This document shows, one piece after another, positions 50,413-61,423 of a stretch of 64,000 nucleotides of DNA (the stretch's first letter is position 1; each line of letters opens with the position of its first letter). The notes beneath the pieces were generated by a model. That model did not search any database and was not told where the DNA came from. It saw nothing but the letters and a program-made list of their open reading frames with translations. The DNA comes from an uncultured Chloroflexia bacterium. Its GTDB lineage: Bacteria > Chloroflexota > Dehalococcoidia > UBA2979. The translations under genes and the position numbers were made by a program. The stretch spans positions 768,001-832,000 of the forward strand of contig CAVSIV010000006.1 of the NCBI GenBank assembly GCA_963728205.1. Direction: 5' to 3'.

Positions 50413-53400
50413 TCACTCCCCGCGGAGCAGGGGGAGGTGCATCGTGAACGTCGAGCCGACCGCGGGCTTGCTGCGCACCTCGATGCGCCCACCGTGCGCG
50501 GTCACGATCCCGTTCGCCAGGTAGAGGCCGAGGCCGAGCCCGTCGGACTGCGCCGAGCGCTGCGCCTGGTAGAAGCGCTCGAAGATGTGCTGCAGATCCC
50601 GGGACGGGATGCCCTCGCCGACGTCGGTCACCGCGACCGTCGCGTCGCCATCCGCGCGCCCGACGCGCACCGTCACCGGCGTGTCCTCCGGCGAGTGCTT
50701 GAGCGCGTTCGTCAGCAGGTTCTCGACGACCTCGATCAGCCGGTCGCCGTCGCCGCGCACCACGAGCCGCGACGCGCCCTCGCCCACGCCCTCCATTTCG
50801 ATCACGCGTCCCACGTAGGCCGCGCGCGCCAGCGCCACGGCCTGGTCCACCACGCCGCCGATCTCGACCGGCTCCAGCGTGAGATCGAGCGCGCCGCGCT
50901 CCAGGCGGCTGACGTCGAGCAGCTCGCCGACCATCCGCGCCATGCGCTGCGTCTGCTCGAACGCCTCCGTCGCGCTGCGGCGGACGGCGTCGCTGGCGCC
51001 CTCGCTGCGCAGCAGCCGCAGCAGCCGCTGCTCGTAGCCGAGCACCGCCGTCAGCGGCGTGCGCAGCTCGTGGCTCGCGACCGAGATCAGGTGCTCGCGC
51101 GCCCGCTGCGACATGCGCTCGCCGATGTCGCGGACGATCAGCAGGCCGGCCGCGCGACCCTCCGTCGTGATCGGCCGCCCGGTCGCGTCGAACCACCCGC
51201 GCGCCCCGTCCGGCGCGACCAGTCGGAAGTCCTGCGTGAACGTCTCGCCGCGGGCCAGCCGCGCGTACGGCGTGTCCGCGCTCGCCAGCGGCTCCTCGCG
51301 GTCGTCGCGGAACTCGAGCGTTCCGTCGTGCCCCATCCGCGCGAGCAGCGCGTCGAACGCCGGGTTCGACCGGGTCACCTCGCCCGACTCGTCCAGCACC
51401 GCGACGGCATCCGACATGCTCTCGAGGATCACCGCCAGTTCCGCGTGCGCCGTCTCCGCCGCCTCTCGCTGCTCGGCGAGCTCGCGGCTGCGCGCGTCCA
51501 GGTCGGCATTGCTCAGCTCGAGCTCCTCCACCGTCGCGCGCATCTCCTCGTTGACCGTCTCGAACTCCTCGTTGCTCGCCTGCAGCTCCTCGCTGTAGGT
51601 CTCGAGCTCCTCGTTCGCCGCCTCCGCCTGCGCGGTCGCCTCGCGCAGCGACTCCTCGAGGTTGGCGAGGTCGCTGTTCGCGGCGAGCAGCCGCTCGTTC
51701 GTCTCCGTGAGCCCACGCATCATCGCGCTGAGGCGCTCCATCTCCGCGCGCTGCTGCTCGAGCGCCTCGTCGGCGGCCATGCGCCGGCGCAGCGTGGTCG
51801 TCACGTCGACCACGCTGATCAGCACCATCGCCGGCTGACCGCCGCCCTCCGCGCCGTCGCCCCGCGGGACACACGAGATCTGGAGAAAGCGCTCCTCGCC
51901 CATCCCGACCTCGGCCGTGACCGTCGCCTCGATGGTCTGCAGCGCCTGCTCCTGGAACGCCGCGTCGATCGCCGATCGGAGGTCGTCCGTGGGCATGCTC
52001 GCGAGCAGGTGCAGCAGGTCCTCGCCGAGCGCCAGCCCGTGGATCCCGAGCAGCGTCCGCGCGGCGGCGTTGATGTGCCGGATGTCGTAGCGGCGGTCCA
52101 CCAGCAGCACGCCGACCGGCAGCCGCTGCACGACGTCGTCGTACTCGCCGCGCCGCCACGAGGGGCCGGCGGGATCGGACAGCGCGCCCCGCGGCAGCAC
52201 GGGCGACAGGCGTGACGACGCGTACGGCTGATCGCTCGCCGTCCGCGCCGCCCGGTCGAACGCGACGCGCTCCTCCGTCCGACGAAAGATGCGGAAGCGG
52301 CTCGCCTCCGCGGCGAAGGCCTCGGCCAGCGGCCGCACGTTCTCGGCGCTGCCCAGCACGAGGCAGCCGCCGGGGCGCAGCGAGAACGCCAGCGACTGCA
52401 GCACGCGGCGCTGCAGATCGGTCGTGAAGTACATCAGCACGTTGCGGCACAGCACCATGTCGATCTGCGGGAACGGGGCCCGCGCGCTGAGGTCGTGCTC
52501 GCCGAAGACGATGCGGTCGCGCACCGACTCGCGCACGTCGCACTCGCCGTCGGTCCCCGTGAAGTAGCGGTCGCGGACCGCCGGCTCCAGGTGCGCGAGC
52601 GCCGCCGCCGGGTAGACCCCGCGCCGCGCGAACTCGATCGACGGGGTGTCGACGTCGGTCGCGAAGATGCGCAGCGGCAGCTCGGGGTCGAGCTCGAGCG
52701 TGAGGATGGCGAGCGAGTAGGCCTCCTCGCCCGTCGCGCAGCCCGCGGACCACAGGCGGAGCGGCTCGCCGCGCTCGCGCGCGCGCGTCATGAGCCCGGG
52801 CAGGACGCGCTCGCGCAGGTAGTCGAAGGCCTCCGGGTCGCGGAAGAACTGCGTGACCTTGATCAGCAGGCCGCGGACAAGCTGCTCTTCCTCGTCGGGG
52901 TGGTCGCGCAGGTGCTCGCGGTATGCCGCCAGGTCGCGGGCGCCGACGGCGAGCATGCGCCGCTGCAGGCGACGCGTGACGGTCCCCTCGCGGTAGTCGC
53001 TGAAGTCGAGCCCGCGCCGCTCGCGCACGTCGGCGAGCAGGCCGCGCATGCCGTCCTCGTCCGCAGCGCGCGTCGGCAGGCCGACCTCCGTCACAATCGC
53101 CTGCAGCAGCGGGCCGATGTCGTCCAGCTCCGCGACGAAGTCAATCGTCGGCGGCTGCAGCGAGCGCGGCATGCCCGGGAACGCCGCCGTCGCCGGGTTC
53201 TGCACGACGACCGTGCCGCCGGCCTCGTGGACGAGCCGCGCGCCGGCCGCGCCGTCGGAGCCGGTGCCGGTGAGCACGACGGCGACCAGCCGCTCGCCGA
53301 ACACCTCGGCGGCGCTCGCGAACAGCGCGTCCACCGACGGTGTCGACGGCGCGGAGGCCGGCCGCAGCGCGACCACGTGATCGGTGATCGCGATGTCGCG

Positions 53401-53652
53401 GTTGGAGGGGACGACGAAGATCTCGCCGTCGACGAGCGAGCACTCGTCGGAGACCATGCGCACGGGCAGCGAGGTGTGGCGCTCGAGGATCTCCTGCAGG
53501 CGGCTCGGCCGCCCGGGAGAGAGATGCTGCGCGATGACGACGGCCGCCGGCAGATCGATCGGCACGGTCGCCACCACGCGCGAGAGGGCTTCGATGCCTC
53601 CCGCCGATGCGCCGATGACCACGAGATGTGACGAGGCCGCAGCCGCCGTCAT
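50413..53652 (-). CDS. CheB-CheR-PAS-histidine kinase fusion
   Basis: CheB triad GASAGG / QHLSP / GSDGA; CheR VTQFFRDP, WSAGCATGEEAYS, LCRNVLMYF; coiled coil EELQASNEEFETVNEE; ASHELRTPL kinase. Confidence 0.93.
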   Translation of the reverse strand: MTAAAASSHLVVIGASAGGIEALSRVVATVPIDLPAAVVIAQHLSPGRPSRLQEILERHTSLPVRMVSDECSLVDGEIFVVPSNRDIAITDHVVALRPASAPSTPSVDALFASAAEVFGERLVAVVLTGTGSDGAAGARLVHEAGGTVVVQNPATAAFPGMPRSLQPPTIDFVAELDDIGPLLQAIVTEVGLPTRAADEDGMRGLLADVRERRGLDFSDYREGTVTRRLQRRMLAVGARDLAAYREHLRDHPDEEEQLVRGLLIKVTQFFRDPEAFDYLRERVLPGLMTRARERGEPLRLWSAGCATGEEAYSLAILTLELDPELPLRIFATDVDTPSIEFARRGVYPAAALAHLEPAVRDRYFTGTDGECDVRESVRDRIVFGEHDLSARAPFPQIDMVLCRNVLMYFTTDLQRRVLQSLAFSLRPGGCLVLGSAENVRPLAEAFAAEASRFRIFRRTEERVAFDRAARTASDQPYASSRLSPVLPRGALSDPAGPSWRRGEYDDVVQRLPVGVLLVDRRYDIRHINAAARTLLGIHGLALGEDLLHLLASMPTDDLRSAIDAAFQEQALQTIEATVTAEVGMGEERFLQISCVPRGDGAEGGGQPAMVLISVVDVTTTLRRRMAADEALEQQRAEMERLSAMMRGLTETNERLLAANSDLANLEESLREATAQAEAANEELETYSEELQASNEEFETVNEEMRATVEELELSNADLDARSRELAEQREAAETAHAELAVILESMSDAVAVLDESGEVTRSNPAFDALLARMGHDGTLEFRDDREEPLASADTPYARLARGETFTQDFRLVAPDGARGWFDATGRPITTEGRAAGLLIVRDIGERMSQRAREHLISVASHELRTPLTAVLGYEQRLLRLLRSEGASDAVRRSATEAFEQTQRMARMVGELLDVSRLERGALDLTLEPVEIGGVVDQAVALARAAYVGRVIEMEGVGEGASRLVVRGDGDRLIEVVENLLTNALKHSPEDTPVTVRVGRADGDATVAVTDVGEGIPSRDLQHIFERFYQAQRSAQSDGLGLGLYLANGIVTAHGGRIEVRSKPAVGSTFTMHLPLLRGE

Positions 53653-53782
53653 GCCATGCAATCCCCCCACCGCCGGAGGCGAGGATACGCCCCGCGCGAG
53701 GCTGCGACGGCAATGTGATGCGCGCGCGGCAGGCGGCGGCGGGGACGGCGCCAATCTCAACGCGGCCTTCCGGCCGCGACCT

Positions 53783-54660
53783 GTCGGCGGCATGTCTGCC
53801 GCCGCTTTGGTCGGCGGCGTGTCTGCCGCCGCTTTGGTCGGCGGCATGTCTGCCGCCGCTTTGGTCGGCGGCATGTCTGCCGCCGCTTTGGTCGGCGGCG
53901 TGTCTGCCGCCGCTTTGGTCGGCGGCATGTCTGCCGCCGCTTTGGTCGGCGGCATGTCTGCCGCCGCTTTGGTCGGCGGCGTGTCTGCCGCCGCTTTGGT
54001 CGGCGGCATGTCTGCCGCCGCTTTGGTCGGCGGCATGTCTGCCGCCGCTTTGGTCGGCGGCATGTCTGCCGCCGCTTTGGTCGGCGGCGTGTCTGCCGCC
54101 GCTTTGGTCGGCGGCGTGTCTGCCGCCGCTTTGGTCGGCGGCGTGTCTGCCGCCGCTTTGGTCGGCGGCGTGTCTGCCGCCGCTTTGGTCGGCGGCGTGT
54201 CTGCCGCCGCTTTGGTCGGCGGCGTGTCTGCCGCCGCTTTGGTCGGCGGCGTGTCTGCCGCCGCTTTGGTCGGCGGCGTGTCTGCCGCCGCTTTGGTCGG
54301 CGGCATGTCTGCCGCCGCTTTGGTCGGCGGCGTGTCTGCCGCCGCTTTGGTCGGCGGCGTGTCTGCCGCCGCTTTGGTCGGCGGCGTGTCTGCCGCCGCT
54401 TTGGTCGGCGGCGTGTCTGCCGCCGCTTTGGTCGGCGGCGTGTCTGCCGCCGCTTTGGTCGGCGGCATGTCTGCCGCCGCTTTGGTCGGCGGCGTGTCTG
54501 CCGCCGCTTTGGTCGGCGGCATGTCTGCCGCCGCTTTGGTCGGCGGCGTGTCTGCCGCCGCGTTGGTCGGCGGCGTGTCTGCCGCCGCTTTGGTCGGCGG
54601 CGTGTCTGCCGCCGCTTTGGTCGGCGGCATGTCTGCCGCCGCGCTGGTCGGCGGTGTGTC
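53783..54660. repeat. 27-bp tandem array of REP-A hairpins, 32 full units plus a partial unit
   Basis: Unit gtcggcggcRtgtctgccgccgctttg; 32x27=864 bp from 53783 to 54646; the partial unit runs into the SNF2 stop codon; no unique spacers. Confidence 0.97.
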
Positions 54661-57600
54661 AGTCCGCGGCAAACAGCTCCTCGACGTCGGACTCGCTCAG
54701 GTCGAACGCGGCGCCGGCCTCCGCGTCGAAGATGCCGGCGGCGAGGTGGCGCTTGCGGTCCTTCAGCGACTCGATCTTCTCCTCGATCGAGTCGGCGGCG
54801 ACGAGCCGGTAGACGAAGACGGGCTTGTCCTGGCCGATGCGGTGCGCGCGGTTCGTCGCCTGCTCCTCGGCGGCCGGGTTCCACCACGGGTCGTAGTGGA
54901 TCACCGTGTCGGCGGCGGTGAGGTTCAGGCCTACGCCGCCGGCCTTCAGGCTGACCAGGAACACCGGCACCGCGCCCGACTGGAACGCGCGGATCGCCGC
55001 CTCGCGGTCGCGCGTGTCGCCCGTGAGCAGCGCGTACCGCAGGCCGACCGCGTCGAGCGCCTCCTCGATCAGCGCCAGCATCGAGGTGAACTGCGAGAAC
55101 ACGAGCACGCGCCGGCCGTCCTCGACGAGATCCGGCAGCATCTCCAGCAGCCGGTCGAGCTTCGCCGATCGCGCGCGCGTCGCCTTCGCCGTCTCCAGCC
55201 GCAGCAGCCGCGGGTCGCAGCAGGCCTGGCGCATCTTCAGCAGCGCGTCGAGCACCACGATGTGGCTGCGCGCGAGGCCGTGCCCGGCGATCGCCCGGCG
55301 CACGCGCTCGTCCATCGCGAGGCGGACGCTCTCGTAGAGGTCGCGCTGCGCCGGCGCCATCTCCACGCGCTCCACCATCTCGGTGTTCGGCGGCAGCTCG
55401 CTCGGCGACCTCGCCCTTCGTGCGGCGCAGCAGGAACGGCCGCAGCCGCCGCGCGAGCCGGCGGCGACGGTCGACGTCGCCGTCGCGCTCGATCGGGCGC
55501 GCGCCACTGCTGGTTGAAGTGCTGGCGGTCCCCGAGGAAGCCCGGCGAGACGAACGCGAAGAGCGACCAGAGGTCGCCGAGGTGGTTCTCCATCGGCGTG
55601 CCGGTGAGGCAGAAGCGCTGGCGGGCCCGCAGCTCGCGCGCCGCCCGCGACACCGCCGCGTTCGGGTTCTTGATCGTCTGCGCCTCGTCCAGCACCACCG
55701 CGTGCCACTCACGCGCGCCCAGCACCGCCGCGTCGCGCGACAGCAGCGGGTAGGTGGTGACGACGACGTCGTGCTCGGCGATCGCGTCGAAGCGCGCGGC
55801 GCGGTCGGGGCCGTGCAGCACGAGCACGCGCAGCCCGGGCGCGAAGCGCGCCGCCTCGTCGCGCCACACCGACGCCACGCTCGTCGGCGCCACGATCAGC
55901 GACGGCCGGTCCGCGCGACCGCACTCCCGCTCGATCGCCAGGTGCGCCAGCGTCTGGACGGTCTTCCCCAGCCCCATGTCGTCCGCGAGCACCCCGCCGA
56001 GCCCCGCCGCCCCGAGCAGCTGGAGCCAGTCGACCCCGCGCGCCTGGTAGTCGCGGAGCGTCGCCCCGAACCACGCCGGCGGCTCGACGTGCGGGATCCC
56101 GTCCGCGCCGCGCAGCGTCGCGCCGAGCGACCGCAGCCGCTCGCCGCCCTGCCACTCGACGCCGGCGCCGGCCTCCTCCTCCGCCAGCGCCAGCTCGGCG
56201 GCGCTGCGCGTCGAGAGCCGCACCGTGCCGTCGCCGGCGTCCACCAGCCCGGCGTCGAACAGCTCGCGCAGCGCGCGGGCGATCGCCCACAGCCGGCGCG
56301 CCGGCAGCGCGAGCGTGCGGCCGTCGGGCAGCGGCACGAAGCTCAGGGCGTCGTCCTCGGGCGGGTCGCCGGCCAGCAGCGCGTCGAAGCGGCGCGTCGC
56401 GATCAGCTGCACCAGCGGCTCGGTCAGATCCACGCGCTCGCCGTCGACCACGACGCCCAGGTCGAGGTCGAACCAGTCGATGCCCGTCGTCTCGTCGAGG
56501 CGCGCCTCGAGCGGCCCGTCCGCGCGGACGACGTGCACCGGGAAGTCGGGCGCGACCGCGACCTCCCACCCCTCCGCGCGGAGGACCGGCGCGTCCCGCG
56601 CGAGGAAGCGCAGCCAGGCGTCATCGCCGCCGCCGCGGACGGTCATGTCCCCGGGCTCGACGCCCGCGGCCGCGTACGGTCCGGGCTCGGGAAGCGGCTG
56701 CAGGCCGAGGCGGCGCAGGCGCTGGTGCGCCGCGCGCTCGGCCGCCGTGTCGCGCTCGACCTCGATCATGCGCTGGTCGCGCACGAAGCGATCGCGGTCG
56801 CGGCTCTCGTGCGCCGGGATCGTCGCCGCGCCGTACCGGAACGCCAGGCGCGCGACCGGGACCGGGCCGGGACGCCACGCCGCCCACGCGGGGGCGAACG
56901 GCGGCGGCTGCACCGTCAGCAGCAGCTGCGGCGCCGGCGGTCCCGCGACGTGCTCCATCGGCTGCAGCGGCGGCGGCTGCAGCGCGGCCAGCGTCGGCAG
57001 CCGGGCGGCCAGCGCCGAGCCCAGGAGCTGCTCGCGTCCGGCCGGCACCGGCGGCGCCGCGAAGAGCGCCTCCGCGACGCGCGGCGAGAGCCCGGTGTCG
57101 AGCGGCCCCGCCAGCCCGGCGCCCGCGTCGACGTACCACGGCGGCGCGAGGCACACCGCCTCGACGCGCGGCCGCGCCGTCTCCGCCGCAGCGCGGCGCG
57201 TGCCGTGCGCGCCGCGGTCAGTGGCAGCGTCCCCGCCGCGGTCATCGCCGGCCGGCTCGCCGTCGTGCGCGCCGCGCGCATCGCCGGCCGGCTCGCCGTC
57301 GACGACGTCGAACTCCAGGTGCTGCGCCGCGTCGTCGCCCAGCCGCCAGCGCGGCCGCGCCGTCCGCGGCTCGCCGCGGGCGAGCGCGGGGCCGGCCAGG
57401 TCGCCCCACCGCGCGCGCCCCGTCGCGAGGATCGCGTCGAGCACGCGCGCGCCCTCCTCGCCGGCGAGTGCGATCGCGTCGGTGCCGTAGTAGACGCGGC
57501 GCGCGATCCCGTCGAGCCCGGCGAGGATGGCGTGATCCGAGCGCCGCAGGAACCGCGCCGGCGTGCCCTGGACCGCCTGCACCGGGCGGTAGGGCGTGAC

Positions 57601-58257
57601 GCGATCGGAGAACGTCCCGTCCTTGAGCAGCCGCACCGACAGCGGCCGCACGACGAGCCGCGGGGTGCCGCGCGGCGCGGGCCGCCGCAGCTCGAGGACG
57701 TAGATCAGCCGCTGCCGGATCTCCGGCGGGTACGCCTCGCCCTCGGACGCGGACGCCGCCGTGACCTCGTCGAGCCAGGCCGCGAGGTCCGCGCCCAGCG
57801 CCGGCGTCTCGCGGCGCGCCGCCGGCTCGCGGTCGGCCGCGTCGTCCGCCGGCTGCTCGCCGGACGGCGGCGGCGTTCGCGGCGGGACGGCACTCGCGTC
57901 GGGCTCCCCCGCGTCCCGGATCGACGCCAGCAGCGTCGCCGCGATGTGCTTGCAGTCGAGCTGCATCGGGCAGGTGCACGACCCGCGAATCAGCCACCCG
58001 CCGACGCGCCGCGGCCGCACCACGATCGAGACGTTGTACGGCGCCCGCCGGCTGCCCTGCACCTCCGCGTCGACGAACGTCGCGTCGTCGACGTCCTTCA
58101 CCCGGACCCGCGAGACGCGCCCGTCGCGCCGGTAGGCTTCGCCGCGCTCGACGGCCGACCGCGGCAGCGCGCGCTCCACGTCCTCGCGCGACAGCGGCGC
58201 GGGGCCGGAGGGCGGCGTGTCACGGCGCGAGTACCCGCGGCGGCGAGCGGGGGTCAT
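54659..58257 (-). CDS. SWIM zinc-finger SNF2-family helicase/ATPase (frameshifts near 55500 and 55400)
   Basis: [15 protein letters not shown]; [58 protein letters not shown]. Confidence 0.92.
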
Positions 58258-58351
58258 CAGGCACAGTCCGGAGCAGGGGCGGCGAGTCGGATCCCGGGCA
58301 TACACGAGCAGCCTAGCGGATCGGCGCGCGGCGGGATGAAGAGGCGGCCGG

Positions 58352-58762
58352 CTACTCCGGCAACAGCCGGTACGGCCGTCCGTCGCGCGACCGCAGCGTA
58401 GAGAAGTGGCGGCGGTCGAGCGTGACGATCAACTCCGTCCCAAGCCGATCGGCGAGCACGGCGACGGATGCGTCGGTGCCACCCAGCGGGAAATCCCCGG
58501 AACGCTCCACGAGAGCCGCGATCATCTCCCACTCACCGGACGCCGGCGGCTCGACCTCGAGGCGCGCCAGACCGCGCAGGAATGCCCCCTCCACCGATGG
58601 ACCGAGTCGCCGCCCGACGAGGTACGTGACCTCGGCGATGACCAGCGCCGGGACGACGAGGTCGAGGTCCGCGCGCTGCAGCACCTCGACACAACGGCGG
58701 TGATCCTGGTCGTCCGCGTCGACCGCCGCGTAGAGCGGTCCGGCATCAACGACCGCGATCAT
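58352..58762 (-). CDS. vapC: PIN-domain toxin (VapC)
   Basis: VVDAGPLYA..D.DH, VIAEV, GGTDAS, TLDRRHF; overlaps the antitoxin. Confidence 0.9.
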   Translation of the reverse strand: MIAVVDAGPLYAAVDADDQDHRRCVEVLQRADLDLVVPALVIAEVTYLVGRRLGPSVEGAFLRGLARLEVEPPASGEWEMIAALVERSGDFPLGGTDASVAVLADRLGTELIVTLDRRHFSTLRSRDGRPYRLLPE

Positions 58763-58985
58763 TCCCGACCCACTCGGCGTCGAGAATCGCCTCGATGTCG
58801 CGCGCCGTGGAGTGATGACCGCTGCGACCGAGGGCGATAAACGGGAGATCGCGGTGCTTGCCGCGGCTCAGTCGGGCCTCGATCGCTTCGCGCGCAACCT
58901 GCGAGACGCCGACGCCGCGCCGTCTCGCCTCACGCTCGAGTGCGGCGGCGAGGTCATCGGGCAGACTGATCGTGGTGCGCTTCAT
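58746..58985 (-). CDS. vapB: CopG/RHH antitoxin (VapB)
   Basis: MKRTTISLPDDLAAALEREARRRG..VSQVAREAIE. Confidence 0.9.
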   Translation of the reverse strand: MKRTTISLPDDLAAALEREARRRGVGVSQVAREAIEARLSRGKHRDLPFIALGRSGHHSTARDIEAILDAEWVGNDRGR

Positions 58986-59105
58986 ACACGCATACTAGCA
59001 CACGATGGCCCGTGTCCCCGCGGCAGGTGTCGAAGCGTGCCGGGACAGCGGCTGCTCAGGGGCCGGGGGTCGCCACCTCGTGGTGGCTGAGGCGCCCACT
59101 GCACA

Positions 59106-59210
59106 CGGCGGGCCTGAAGCCCGCCGCGCGCCCAGGCGGCGGCGGATACGCCGCCGACGGGTCGCGGCCAGAAGGCCGCGTCGATGTCGGCGGCGTGTCT
59201 GCCGCCGCTT
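59106..59210. repeat. Hairpin cggcgggc-ctgaa-gcccgccg followed by a REP-A inverted doublet (59135-59158 / 59186-59210)
   Basis: Direct reading; the right arm overlaps the sortase stop codon. Confidence 0.85.
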
Positions 59211-60039
59211 AGCTCACGCGCTCCGCGCGCACGACCACGCGGTCGCTGTACGAGTGCGTCTGGAAGTCGAAGTCGCCGCCGCAGGTGTAGAGCGTGATCG
59301 AGTCGACCGACACGTCGCTGCTCCAGATCGACGCCCAGTCGTTGTAGGACTCGCTCAGCTTCTTCGTCCACGCCACCGCGTACTTCAGCTGCTGGCCGTT
59401 GTAGTCGACCTCGATGATGTCGCCGGGCGACAGCAGCCGCAGGCCCGAGAAGATGCCGGGGCCGCGGTAGTACGAGTTGTCCGCGTAGGGCACGTGCGCC
59501 GCGTAGTCGACGTGGCCCGAGAAGATCGCGTTGCCGCCGGAGCCCGGCGCGCCGCCCATGCCGGGGAAGAGGCGCAGGTCGTACCAGGTCACCTCGACCG
59601 GGTTGTAGGGCGCCGTCATCACCGCGTCGGAGCCGACCAGTGCCGACCGCACCGGGCCGTCCACCCCGAGCACCGGGATCTTGAGGCGCGCGTAGCCGGC
59701 GTCGGGCGGGTCGCCGAACTGCTTCACCAGCGCGTCGAGCGTCGTGATCGTGCCCGGGTCCTGCGTGGCGTCGGCCGCCGGCGTGGCGCTGCCGGTCCCC
59801 GACGGGGTCGCCGTCCCGGTCCCGCCCGCCGTGGCCGACGGGCTGCCCGACGCCGCCGGCGTCGCGGTCGCCGTGCGGACGCTCACGCCGTCGGCGGAGC
59901 CCTTCGAGCACGCCGCCGCGAGCAGCGCGACGGCCGCGAGCGCCGCCAGCGCCGCGACGAGCGGCAGGCGGCCAAGACGACGGCGAAGGGGGGCGGGGTC
60001 GGTGTCCTGCGCATCCTGCCGCGGCGTGACGGGCGCCAT
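59209..60039 (-). CDS. Class F sortase, probable lipoprotein
   Basis: Lipobox-like LAAAC; LKIP.LGVD, VTWY, PG..GNAIFSGHVD (His), ITLYTCGG.F (Cys), DRVVVRA (Arg). Confidence 0.9.
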   Translation of the reverse strand: MAPVTPRQDAQDTDPAPLRRRLGRLPLVAALAALAAVALLAAACSKGSADGVSVRTATATPAASGSPSATAGGTGTATPSGTGSATPAADATQDPGTITTLDALVKQFGDPPDAGYARLKIPVLGVDGPVRSALVGSDAVMTAPYNPVEVTWYDLRLFPGMGGAPGSGGNAIFSGHVDYAAHVPYADNSYYRGPGIFSGLRLLSPGDIIEVDYNGQQLKYAVAWTKKLSESYNDWASIWSSDVSVDSITLYTCGGDFDFQTHSYSDRVVVRAERVS

Positions 60040-60216
60040 CGACGATCCTCCTGTGCGACGCCCCCGCCACCCGGCGACCGGGTCATCGACCGGGCGCACG
60101 GAGCGGCGCGCGGGTCGGCTGGTCGATGCCCTCGGGGCGACTCTATCGGGTCTATCGGGAATACGGTCGTTCCATCCTAGCGCGGGTCGCGGGTTGGTTC
60201 ACCGGGCGCCTGCGCC

Positions 60217-60333
60217 TCCGCCCACAGCGGCGGCAGACATGCCGCCGACAGGCCGCGGGCGTCGGCCCGCGTCCGGTGCGCGCCTCGCGGCCCGCAGTCC
60301 GTCGGCGGCATGTCTGCCGCCGCTGTGGGCGGA
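60217..60333. repeat. REP-A inverted doublet, perfect 33-bp arms
   Basis: tccgcccacagcggcggcagacatgccgccgac (60217-60249) and its reverse complement (60301-60333). Confidence 0.94.
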
Positions 60334-60346
60334 AGCGCTGCCTGCA

Positions 60347-61060
60347 TCACCGCGCCACGAACACGATCGTCCCGGCGAGCACCATCTGCGACGGGTACGC
60401 CGCGTCGAACGCCGCGCGCGCGAACGGGGGCGCCCCCGGGATCAGCACGTTCGCCTTGCCGCCGTCGAACGTCGTCACCGACATCCCGCCGGCGGCCAGC
60501 GTCGCCGCGGCGAGCTGAGCGACCGTGCCGCCCGTCCACACCGCGGGGTTGATCCCGCGCGCGGTGAGCGGCCGGTCGAACGTCGCCAGGCCGCCCGAGG
60601 CGGGCAGGTACACCGTGACCGTCGCCGGCGCCGACGTCACGCCGCCGTTCGAGAAGGCGTAGGTGAAGGCGTCGAGCCCCGCCGCCCCGACGTTCGGCGT
60701 GTAGTCGACGCTCGCCGTGCACACCACCAGCACCGGCGGCTGCCCCGTCGGCGGCTGCGCCGGCACCGTGCAGCTCGGCGCGCCCATGCCCGAGAGCGTG
60801 CCGAAGTGCGGACCGGCGACGATGGCGAACGCCGGGTGGTCGGCGGGCACGGCCGAGTCGGAGCCGTCGAACGTGACCGTCACCGGCTGCGGCGGCGTCG
60901 TGGACGCGATGGTCAGCTGGGCGTCGTGAGCGACCGGCGCGGGCGTCGGGGTGACGGCGAGGGCGGCGGACGGCCCGCCGGCGCCCGCGAGCAGCAGCAG
61001 CGCCGCGACCACCGCGCCGGCCGCGAGGGCGATTCGGATGACGGGGAAGCCGTGCCGCAC
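60347..61060 (-). CDS. Secreted protein: signal peptide, Big_9-like Ig domain, conserved ~75-aa C-terminal domain
   Basis: FAIVAGPHFGTL..YTPN...G.DAFTY..SNGG.TS.PATVTV; C-terminus TFDRPLT..G.N.A.W.GGTV..PGAPPF..AF. Confidence 0.78.
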   Translation of the reverse strand: MRHGFPVIRIALAAGAVVAALLLLAGAGGPSAALAVTPTPAPVAHDAQLTIASTTPPQPVTVTFDGSDSAVPADHPAFAIVAGPHFGTLSGMGAPSCTVPAQPPTGQPPVLVVCTASVDYTPNVGAAGLDAFTYAFSNGGVTSAPATVTVYLPASGGLATFDRPLTARGINPAVWTGGTVAQLAAATLAAGGMSVTTFDGGKANVLIPGAPPFARAAFDAAYPSQMVLAGTIVFVAR

Positions 61061-61167
61061 CTGGACCTCCGCCCGTGCAGGTCGAACCGTATCAGCCTAA
61101 CGCGCGAACCGGGCGATCCGTTCCGGCGGGCACGGGATTGGGTGGGCGGCCCGGCCGCCGGTCGCCG

Positions 61168-61323
61168 CAGCGGCGGCAGACATGCCGCCGACAGCCCGGC
61201 GGCGCGCGCCGCCGGCGCGCGGGACGCGCCCGCGTTCCGACGAGCCCCTCGTGTGAGAGAGGCTGCGACGCGAATCGCGGCCCAGCGGGCCGCGATTTGT
61301 CGGCGGCATGTCTGCCGCCGCTG
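61168..61323. repeat. REP-A inverted doublet (26-bp arms) with internal hairpin
   Basis: 61168-61193 / 61298-61323; inner aatcgcggccc-agc-gggccgcgatt. Confidence 0.92.
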
Positions 61324-61375
61324 TGGGTTGCGCGAGCAGACCGCGGATTGCGCCGCGATGTGCCATGGGTGCGAT

Positions 61376-61392
61376 ATTCTGATTTTCAGAAT
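61376..61392. promoter_or_regulatory. AT-rich palindrome ATTCTGA-TTT-TCAGAAT, likely antitoxin operator/promoter
   Basis: Perfect 7-bp IR about 30 nt upstream of the AbrB gene in otherwise GC-rich DNA. Confidence 0.6.
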
Positions 61393-61423
61393 TACCAGCA
61401 GACACGCGCCGCGGAGGCCCCGC

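Noticed and set aside
53783-54660. CRISPR array (27-bp palindromic repeats)
   Set aside because: Units are head-to-tail with no unique spacers, there are no cas genes, and the unit is the dispersed REP-A.
53653-54672. N-terminal (AAADTPPTK)n extension of the CheB-CheR kinase
   Set aside because: The array has no stops in any frame simply because it is GC-rich and 27 bp long; the TTG start lies inside the SNF2 gene, and CheB begins normally at 53652. Proteomics could overturn this.
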